Shown: piece after piece, positions 24,701 to 34,900 of the stretch | How positions within the stretch are numbered: position 1 is the stretch's first letter | How the letters are laid out: the number at the start of each line of letters is the position of its first letter | NCBI GenBank assembly: GCA_040285855.1 | Contig: JAUFOQ010000001.1 | Coordinates: 3,906,001-3,970,000 of the forward strand | Length of the DNA stretch: 64,000 nucleotides | DNA from: Eukaryota sp. GEM-RC1 | Lineage: Eukaryota | Direction of reading: 5' to 3' | Translations under genes and position numbers: made by a program | Notes under the pieces: generated by a model | The model's input: only the letters and a program-made list of their open reading frames with translations | What the model was told of the DNA's origin: nothing | Databases searched by the model: none

Positions 24701-27010
24701 CAGATTGCCTAACTGGAAATTTTCACCTACCTTATCTTCATAATGTCTGCCAAGAGACAATAAAGCGCTAGATACAGAAGTCACCATACCTTTAAAGATA
24801 GCAAACACGATTCGATTTTTCCCAAATCTAAGATCAAAAGTCCTAGATGTTTTTTCTTTTACAATCTTCACAAATATTTCAATAAAAAATGCCTTTTATT
24901 TACTCTTACAAATACAAACTATCATCAATATTAACAAATGAGATACAAATACCACTACATCATCTCAAATTCATGTCTCAATGCAAAGAGACGGTTCAAA
25001 ATTGAATCAAAATACCTAAACAATGCTTTGAAAAGGGAAAACGACAACCTTCATCTCCATTATCTTTCATTAAAATTCTTTCCATACTGCTTACACAATT
25101 TGCCAAAATCTGTGAGAAATTGTTGACCGAAGCAACCAAGCGTACCATAAAGAGAAATAGCAAAAGGATCGAAAACAAAAGGATTGTGTCGGCGAGAATT
25201 CATCTTGGAAATTAATTCACCATAACGGTCTAATTTTTTCCTTTCAGCAGTTTCAAGAGCTGAATAGTTTTCGTCTAAAATTTTGTTAACGGAAGTTGAG
25301 TTAAAAGGATCAACCGTAGTAAAGTCCATAATTATTTCTTGAGAGGACAACCAAGGACCAATCAAATCACCTCTGCTCTTATCCCTCATATTGAGTCAGA
25401 CAAAGTATTTAAAACTGGTTCGATTTTCCCATGAAAACCATTGCTCTTAAACCATTCTAAACATTGATCACGTAAACTGTTGTGAATAATTGATCTTAAA
25501 TGAATAAACTTATGACAGTTGACCACATGATGGAAAGAGGCTAAAGAAGAACCACACACACAAGTAGACTTTTGCAGGAGACCAACAGGCCATAAACCCA
25601 ACCTCAAACGAATGTTGATAAGCCATTCATGATCTTTTAAGTTGAAACTATATCTTTGAGGATATCGAGTAATCAAAGTAGAAGCCTCATCACTAGAAAT
25701 GTCTTTCAAAAAGAACAAAAAACGGGACTCTCGATTTTAGCCAAGCTAATACGATTGTTAAAGTCCAAGCTTTCATGATAGTTGATAAATTGCTTCTGCA
25801 ATTTACGGACACATAGTGGTAAGGAGAACAAACTTCTTTGAGGGATCTCAGTGATATTTCAAGTAATGATGTTGCAGATTCACCTAAAGAACCGTACAGT
25901 GAAAATACAAAAGGGTATAACAAGTAATTCGAGTGTGAAGCCGAATTCAATAATTTCAATTTAGCACAATATTTTTGTATTTTAAATTTTTCACCTATCA
26001 ACAAGGGGTTTTTAGCATTAGATTTAGCAAGTTTCTTGTTGAAATCATTACAAACATCGATAGACATAACATCAGCAATAATGAAAGATCCATCGAGACC
26101 AGGAAATATGACATCACCACGGCTATTTCCAAACGTTTTGTCAATATCTGTATCATCAAACAAACCAGCCAGAACTGGTTCTAAAAAGGAAACTATTCCA
26201 TAAGATTTACACATACAATATAATTGATCCCTTACTGAATCAAAAGAAATAAAACGGTTACAATTCAATAAATGTGTAGGTGTTACAGATTGCCCACATT
26301 GGCATTTCAAATTATGTGGAAGGTTATCAGGCCAAATATATGACCGTAAACGCATGTTTAATGACCAAGAGTTATCATCAAGAAGAAGACCGTAAACTTG
26401 AGGGATTTGAGTAATCAGACATGAAGCAGAGCTATTAGAAACATCTTTTAAGAATTTTGCAAAAGCGGGATTCTTTTCCTTGGCCATGCCAAGTCGAACA
26501 TTATAATCCAAGCTTTCAAAAATATTTGTTAGTTTCTGTTGTAATTTTTTCAGACAAAACTGAAGATTAGTCAAACATCTTCCAGGAATTTCAGACACAG
26601 AATCTGGGAAACACTGAGACCAAACATCAAAAGGTAATTTGATCAACGCTTCGTTTAAGTCAAATAAATATTTACATGAATTGGTGTTAGTAAGTGAAAT
26701 ATCATTAGGAAATCGATATACAAATTCAAAAATGAAATTTTTTCCCGGGGTGTAAAGAAAAGAAGCGTAAGTTTAGTGGCTGAATGGAAAAACCGTATAG
26801 TGTTTTCCATAAATCGGAATATGCCTTTCTATTTCTCTCGTTTAATTGAGAAATTGTACAAGTTTGGTGTGAAGGTTAATGTTGAAAAACGTAATCTTTT
26901 ACCGGGTGGTGATGAAGTCGTTTGGATTTAATCTTAGTATTATTTGTTTGTTTTTACAATTTCATAGTTTTGTAGGACGATTACCTTATTGGGTACCGAA
27001 TAAAGTTTTG
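21735..27010 (+). mobile_element. Family D RLE non-LTR fragment interrupted by an antisense A/C nest
   Basis: D ORF (INMRLRL..CSCG..HLINC..HDGVRD) stops at 22260 and resumes at 26750; 11-bp TSD GTGTAAAGAAA. Confidence 0.8.
22261..26749 (-). mobile_element. Head-to-tail array of family A 3' ends, two of them carrying a family C insertion (1646-bp repeat unit)
   Basis: Three LDFEDIDY-type A ends; C at 23237-24207 and ~24883-25853, each with 9-bp TSD ATATTTCAA; ORF offset 23031 to 24677 = 1646. Confidence 0.85.
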
Positions 27011-27204
27011 TTTATATTATTATGTTATATTTAAAACAATTCCTATTATGATATCAAAAGCACTATTAGCTCTCAGTATTTTCTACGAATAAAAAGCTGA
27101 TGTGAGTTTTAATGGCACTGATTGTTGCTTTAATGAAATTGAGTTCTAGTATTTGTGTTTATCTTAGTGTTTTTGTTCCATAATTTTGATAAAAAAACAA
27201 AAGT

Positions 27205-27310
27205 CGTGATGCACCAATTACTGTTAGATAATTCCTTTATGTAGTATGAAGCTTCATGGTATGCCTTATGAAATGATTGACTTACAGCTACACTGAAAGA
27301 TTCAACACGT
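27205..27310 (+). repeat. Diverged ~110-bp repeat found upstream of both LRR paralog types (also ~31690-31802, ~42537-42648, ~57255-57360, ~61731-61843)
   Basis: Shared blocks CGTGATGCACCAA, TTTATGTAGTATGAAGCTTCA, TTATGAAATG and GAAAGATTCAACA. Confidence 0.7.
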
Positions 27311-28002
27311 AGTATTAAAGATCAGAATTGCAGCTCTGAATGAAGGAGGTTTTCAGAAAGAAAACACTTCAAACGGGAAATGACATCTTGTTTCACCGAA
27401 TTTTTTCAAAAACGTCAGACGCTAAACCCCAAAGTTGAAGTGGAGAGACCAAATGAATGAAGAAGAAGTGAAAAGATCAGAATGACGTTTAACGATTCTG
27501 TTAGATTCATGGAAGCTTCGGTGAATTGTGAACATACTGGTTATGTACACTCGTATTGTCAAGTATGTTATTGATTGGAAGAGATTCAAACGATGTCTGT
27601 ACACCATACTCATCTTCACCATACTCCGACATCGTAGTATGGGGAAGATGATAGGACTACAAGATCTGACAGGAATAACGAACAATCTATATGAATCAGA
27701 CGCTATATCTGACATTTAGCTCTTGTCTGCTGATGACTTGGTCACGTAAGACAAGAAAAAATCATGAGAGAAGTGACAATGGCGGTGTTTTGAAGAGTGA
27801 TTAGAGTAGACCAGACAGGAGTGTGATATTTGTTCTTCAAAAGTATTTCTTGAACTGGCTATTTAGAACAGAAGGCAAGTAGATGTCGAGAAATTTGAGA
27901 GTGAACTAGAACATGGGATATGAAAAACTGAATTAAAAGAATGTTTAACATGAAGTGGTAGTTCGAGTCAGCTGGCAGATGATTGAATTCTAGTTCTTTT
28001 CA

Positions 28003-29092
28003 ATGACCATATCAAAACAAGAGACCGGATCGTCAACGCATGTACCCTCTACTGTAAAAGTTCCCCCAAATACAAGATCCAGGAAATCTTCTTCTATTGG
28101 ACACTCTACATCTGATCCACCCCAAAAACGTCCAAGCCTTTCTAAGATAAGCAGAGAATCAACAGTGTATCGTTGTCCTGACGTGCTCTATCGCGTAATC
28201 CGCCCATTAACACTGTACAAACTGGAATCTTGCGACACAGTCTCGTATCATCAGATACTGGGATGGTTAGAACCTTCTGACAAGGACGACTTTCAGAAGG
28301 TGTTTTCTCCTGATGGAACTTTCAATATTAAAAAAGACAAACTCTATTACAAAACAACTTTGTCTGATTCATTAGTTGAAAAATATCCTTCTGATGGAAG
28401 AGTTCAATCTCTACAAGACTCTTCTCCTGGAATGACTAGGAGTTCTGTTCAGTCTGTATCACAGACTGGTCAAACTTTGATTCCGAAGTCAAGGACACTT
28501 TTTTTTTTGAACAGAAACGAGAACCACTTGCAGTGAGAAAACGGAAGTTCGATTATGAGTTTACCAGCAAACAGTTAGATTTACCTGGAGTGATGGATAC
28601 ATTGTCTTATATATGGTGCGGACTAATTACTCAGCTTTCTATGAGTAACCTATGTCATTACGACAAGAAAAATCATATTGGTGACGAAGGTGTTATTGCA
28701 TTGGCTGAAGTTTTGAAGGTAAATGAATCTGTTCGTGACGTTTTTCTCAACTTCAACTCTATTAGTTCCAAAGGTGCAATTGCATTGGCTGAAGTTTTGA
28801 AGATTAATGATAACATTGTGAAGCTTGATATAAGTGATAACTCTATTGGCGATGAAGGTGCTGTTGCATTGGCGGAAGCATTGAAAGTAAATTCTACTGT
28901 CACTGCTATTAATCTTGCTCACAACTCTATTGGCAAAAAGGTGTCGTTGCGTTGGAGCAAGCATTGAAATTGAATTCTACTATTATTGAAATTTATCTAA
29001 CTTTCAACGATTTTTGTCCGAAATGGTCTTTAACTCAATCAATCTCCAAAGAGCGGATTACGTTCTTTGAAACGTGGAAACTTTCCATATGA
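28003..29092 (+). CDS. RNI-like leucine-rich-repeat protein (NLRC3-like LRRs), paralog A; frameshifted
   Basis: 28-aa repeats IGDEGVIALAEVLKVNESV..LNFNSI; Ser/Pro/Lys-rich N-terminus; frame breaks at ~28477-28510 and ~28935; TGA at 29092. Confidence 0.8.
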
Positions 29093-29772
29093 CAATTTAT
29101 ATCGATTTACACTCTTATATTCTCTTCTCCTTTAGTTTTCTGTCAGTCTTATCAGAACCTTGTATAATGTCTCAAACGGCCGTTCAAACATTATAGTTAT
29201 CGATTTTCCATCTTTCTGATCCCTACATTTGATTTTTTTTTCAATTGGATTTCCATCATGAGTGTGCCCATCTTTTTAAAGAAAAAAAGAATCTTTTGAG
29301 TCTCAGAATTGTTCTCAATTTGTCGACCTTCTGAGTACTGCAGTGTCATTAGAAAATACTAGATTTCTGAGGTGAATCAAATATAAGTTCTCTTGTCTAT
29401 ATAACCAGCATTTTATCTTTTGATTTCTTATTGTTGTTCTGACATTCAAAAATAAACATATGTTGAAGTCTATGTCTACTCTTTCATGCTGTTATTTGAG
29501 GTCAGAAGAATCAGAATGTCTTCAAATACTGGTGAATCTCTATGGATAAAACACACTTCACATTAACAAACTTAAATATAATTGGGTTGACACTCTACAC
29601 CAGGATTCTCAATGAAATGGTTAGTAACAGTTCATTGATCCCACCTATATCTAAACAACTCTGAGTTCAGATTGGGTCTGCTATCACCAACGGCTTAACA
29701 AGACTCTTCATTGTTAGCTGAACCGCCAATGTTATTCTAATTTGGTATACTTTCTACGTCCATTGTTTGAAT

Positions 29773-30290
29773 CATAGTTGTACTTCACATCAATTTTGTT
29801 CTGTTTTGTGATTTGTGTTAACAATGATCACAACAATCACAAATGATATGAAATGTGTACTCTTCATAACTCATATCAAAAATTGTCAGATTTCTTTCTT
29901 CTTGCTTCAATAGAGGTAGGTTAAAATAAACTCAAATGACATCATCTATATGAGTATCAGACATATTTTAGCGCAGTTTAAAAAATCAAAAATTCAATTC
30001 TTGGGGAGCAGAATGAGAATCTATCACTCAAACATGACAACAAGTAGCTAGCGGAATGAAGGAAGACGAAAATTTTGTATTTTGTGGGTCCTATTATTTC
30101 TTCATAGTGAATCCTCTATTAGAATATGATGTACTCGGGTCTGTAAACAACCTAAACAATTGACTTATCATGTTTATTTGCATTTATTTGACTAACATCT
30201 GACAAATATACAAAATAGCAACCAAGTTTAGTGTGAACAAATGTGATCACCGATCACAGATCACAGTGTGATTTGTGAAGTACAACTATG
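29773..30290. mobile_element. hAT-like MITE (copies at 40624-41141 and 59818-60335)
   Basis: 17-bp perfect TIR CATAGTTGTACTTCACA / TGTGAAGTACAACTATG; TSD GTTTGAAT vs GTTTGAAG; subterminal ATCACA/TGTGAT repeats. Confidence 0.85.
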
Positions 30291-31917
30291 GTTTGAAGTG
30301 ATTGTGACTGTTCGAATATTCGTCACAATTGGTTACACCGAACTGATTCACAGAATCTGTTTTTTTTATGTGTTTTGCTAAATCTAAATCACAGATTGCA
30401 CAGGTGTATTGTTTTACAAAGGCATTGTAATGATCCACAGTGACAGTAGATTTGTTTTGCAGAACTTGGTCAGTCCAAATGACGTTGTGATGACTCAGTT
30501 CATCCATTGTTTTAAATCCGATTTCCATGAGATACATTTAGAATATTTAATGTATTTTCTATTTGTAATGTATTGCGTATGATTGATTCCATCAGATTAA
30601 TATAGTTATTGAAATCATCCACTGTATTTTTGGTTTTTGAAAGTGGTTGCATTGAAGCAGAAACTGTCAGCAGGCCAGAGCAAAAATGGAATACGTTCTG
30701 TCGTTTTTGAAATATTCGAACAATTAAGTACAAAAGAAGAAAATCAATTTGCAACATTAGATTAACACACAGTATTCACAAAATGAAAGAAGTTGAATTC
30801 TTTACCTCAACATGAGAACTGTCTCTAAGCAACTTTGAATGAATGTCACTTAGATACTTAGGTGTGCTTCTGTAATCACAATTCGATTAATCCATAAAAG
30901 CCATTAACAGTCATTCCATTAGAACCCAAACTAGTAAACATCCATTAATGTCAACAAGAGTCATTGTAGATAACTATCAGTGGTGAACCCTACTTTCCTT
31001 TTGAATAGCTCTACGAGAGACATCAACAGAATGAAGACAAAGACCCATATCAATACTTGAATTTGTTTGGTTTCAAGTTTTGGATGAACTGAATCTAGAT
31101 TAAACAACTCAAACTGTGCGAAGAAAAACTTACTGCCTTAAGTATTGAAATGCAAGCAATGCTTCCAGTGCAGATAGATACAAATTTGATGAAAGAATGA
31201 CAATTCTTACAACTATCCACATGTATTCACTAATATTTCCACTATCATCTAACAAAAGACTCGTTTGTTTTAAGCCTTTTCAGAATGGGTGATATTAGAT
31301 AATTTGACACAATCAAAAGTATACTGTTTTAATCGTTTGTGAAATTGAACGAAATTTAAGAGTCATCAAAACACTGCTCTTTAAGATACAAACTGTGTCT
31401 CAGACTAATACAGAACCGCTTCAGAATTAAAACCTTTATTGTTTCAATTGTATAATTGATCCAAAAAGTCATCTTCTGTACACTAGGACAACGCACGATC
31501 GCACCAAACTAAATTGACGGAACACCGCTGTAAGACAGTTGTGAAAACATTTGATTCCAGAAGCATCAATCCATTCAAAGAAACAGTTGGGGAACCCTGT
31601 TGCTACAAGATTTTCACCAAGATTGTTCTAGAGAATAAGTGTTGCGTCAACTGATAGGAAACAACAAACATTCTTAAGTCAATATTAGACGTGATGCACC
31701 AAATACTATTGTAAAATGCATTTACCCTTTATGTAGTATGAAGCTTCAGAGTATGTCTTATGAAATGGTTCGCTCATGTCTACAGAGAAAGATTCAACAT
31801 GTGAACAAGTGTAGTCTCACATGAGTTCTTTTCAAAAGTGTACGACAGAATTAGTCTCAGTGAGACTATTTTCGTACTGAGACTAATTCTACAGTGAGAG
31901 TGAATGTTTCGTGAAGT

Positions 31918-34900
31918 TGTTAGTGTAATGACTCATCAGGACTCAATTGTATAATAAATTCACTTTATCTCTCTTACATGGTACCTAAGACCAACAATAA
32001 TTATTGTAGCCTCTGCAAAGAGTTACAATGTGTATGTACTCCGGAGAACTTCACTCCTGGAAACAAAACTAACCCAAACCCTAGTTCCGACCTAGGTGAT
32101 AACCCACAGTCCAGTTCCGACCTGGACTCTAAACAAAACCCTAGTTCCGTCCTAGGTGAAGATTCCAGTTCCGTCCTGGCTTCTTCCAAGTTTTCCACCG
32201 TGAAGGAACTTGGTCCAGATGGACTCCCCTGGGATGACACTGTTGACTAAGACATTGTTTCGGATGAAGAACCTTCTTCTAATGGAACTTCAAATGAGAA
32301 ACCATTCTCTATCGAAAACCCAAATGAGGATCCATCCCCCAATATAACTATAAACGAGGAACCATCCTCCAATGTTAATGAAAACGAGGAACCATCCCCC
32401 AATGTTGACGAAAACGAGGAACCATCCTCCAACAGAGCACCTGCTTCTGAGTCAAATCCACTTGTTGGATGGACTTATCGTCCTTCGGTAACCCCCCCCC
32501 GCACATCCCAATAGTACAGAGAACTACACCTCCTATTAGGACACCGGAACCCTTTATTCCGAAATTACCCCCTACACCGTTAGGTTTCGTAATGCCGTCT
32601 AAAGATCCACGAGCACCTCCACCTCTACACGCTAAGAGTCCCTAGAGAGAGCTATGGAATGCCGATGTGAAGATGTTTGGTTCTATTGATAAAGATCAAT
32701 GGAGTCACTTTCAAAGACAATCAGTAAACAATACTGAGTCATACGGTTTTGTAGAGACAGACCAGTATCTACTTAAACCAGCCAGAACACTAAAAGGTAT
32801 TGGCAACGCAAAGCTAACGGATATATCCCCCTCGACCCTGAGGTTTCGAACATCCATGACTGTAACGACAGACTGATGGGCTTTATAATGGATAAAACCC
32901 GTCCAAACTCCCCTGGTTACTGTGGAACAAGCTTACAACCTCCTACAAAACCCGCTTCCTAAAGATCAAGTAGAGGCGATCGAAAAACAAGTACACCGAT
33001 TGTTTCAATTAGTCTCTTTAACAAATTAGTCTCACTAGAAAATAGTCTCAGTGAGACCAATTCCGATATGAGAGTTTCAATTCTGACCTCCCAAATACAA
33101 CAGTTGTTGTTTTTAACGAGAAAGATGCACCAAAAGTACAAATGATTGAATGAGCTTTTACAATTAGAAGCACTTTTATACTGATAAGATCAACTTAAAA
33201 CTGTACGTAACCATATGATTCCCCTCTCACCAATCTAAATCAATTTTTTATGACTTCATTCGTAGCTTTAAGGCCCAGGGCATCTTCAAAGATCCATTTG
33301 GAGATGATACTGTAATTTGGCATGAATATAAGTTGATCTTTGATCTTCAAGAAATCGTGAAGAAACACAGATGGATCAAGGACAAAGTTTATTTGTTAAA
33401 GAGATTGGTAACTTGAATTAGGGGAAGTGTTTCAAAGAAAAATGATGTCATGTTTATAAAAATTTAGTGAGACTAATACAATTGCGAAATAATTAGTCTC
33501 AGTGAGACTATTTGCAATTACTCTCACTAAAAATTAGTCTCAGTGAGACTAATTCCGATATGTGACAGATGAAAATGACGTACGGTATTAGTCTCAGTGA
33601 GACTAATTGAAACAATCGGTGTAGACAACCTCGAAAGATACGCCACTGTGAACAGCTTCTTCCATAGAAAACCCACGGTAAATACCAACTCCGCGGATAC
33701 CGTTCCTCCCTTGGTAGCCAACACTCCTTATGTGCCCGGCGGATTTGTTTTTGCAAGAAAGCCCCACGCACCGATCACCCCACTTCCCAACGAACTTCCA
33801 CATGACCACATGCTGGAAGAGGACCACACTGCTACTAGAGTTGGAGCCCTATCAGTTTCACCTGAACCGGTTACTCCAACTCAATCCAGCTCCAACAGTC
33901 CCAACACTGACGTAATCACACCGTACTCAGTACTGAAATTCGCTGAACGGTTACCCACTGACTCCTCCAGTGACCTGAACAAGTTGATGAAACCGAAATC
34001 ACTTCACAGTCTGGATGACGTGGATGTAATCCTTGATTGGATTGCTGATTACATGAGCTTCTGTACCGCCCAGAAGGACTATACACTACCAGCATCCACA
34101 CCACTCGGAGATCCCAAATACTTCTCCGACATTGGAAGGATTGCTGCCAAGGAAGCCGACACCCGTTGGTCTCTCGACTTGTTGCTTACCCGGTTCAACA
34201 ACAGATGAACTACCTGGGTACAGCAACGACTTCCAGTGATGAACTCTTCCGACAAATCATCTTAAGAACCCAGTTTAAAGACATCTTGACCGCAAGAAAC
34301 AAACTAAACGAAGTTCAGATGAACTGGTCGATCCAAGATTACGAACAAAGATGGCTCGACTTCATCAAACGATTTGATAAAGTGCTTAACCGAAGTACAC
34401 TGATTAAATCCCCCTCGGAACCGTCCTACACGATGCTGGACGAAAGAACCATCATCAAAGCTCTTTTGACTAATATCGGTCTCGCCTCTCTCTACCTAGA
34501 ACTCTGGCCCAAATGGAAAGACTCCAAGGATTTACACTCCTTCTTTCAATAATCCTCGAACACTATTACCAATGGTGCAAGAAATGGACAAACGGTCCCA
34601 CACATGTTCAATTTGAACAAAAGAATGTGGAAATTCTCATGCACAGAGACAAGGATTCCTGGAACGACATCCCAAAAGCAATCCAACGCTCAGCATCCAA
34701 AATTTTCGCCCCAGGAAATTTGAAGTCTAGATCATCTTCAAAGAACCCTCACAATGCAGCCCCTCCTTTCAAAAAAGAAGCATCGCTCAAACTCATCTGA
34801 TAGACCGCCTAAAGATGATAACTGCTGTAGCTTCTGCGACTCCCCGGATCACAAGATAAACCTTTGTAACCATCCTGACTGTCGTAAAGCGAGCTCCCCG

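Noticed and set aside
27420..27960. Short ORFs upstream of LRR paralog A
   Set aside because: Not conserved intact in the duplicate at ~57470-58000 and no motifs; at best pseudogene debris.
29300..31680. Possible decayed minus-strand gene (short ORFs at 30286-30757)
   Set aside because: Many stops, a MITE insertion and no recognisable motif; cannot be assigned.
33465..33610. CRISPR-like array of palindromic repeats
   Set aside because: Irregular spacing, located inside MITE TIRs, eukaryotic context and no cas genes.
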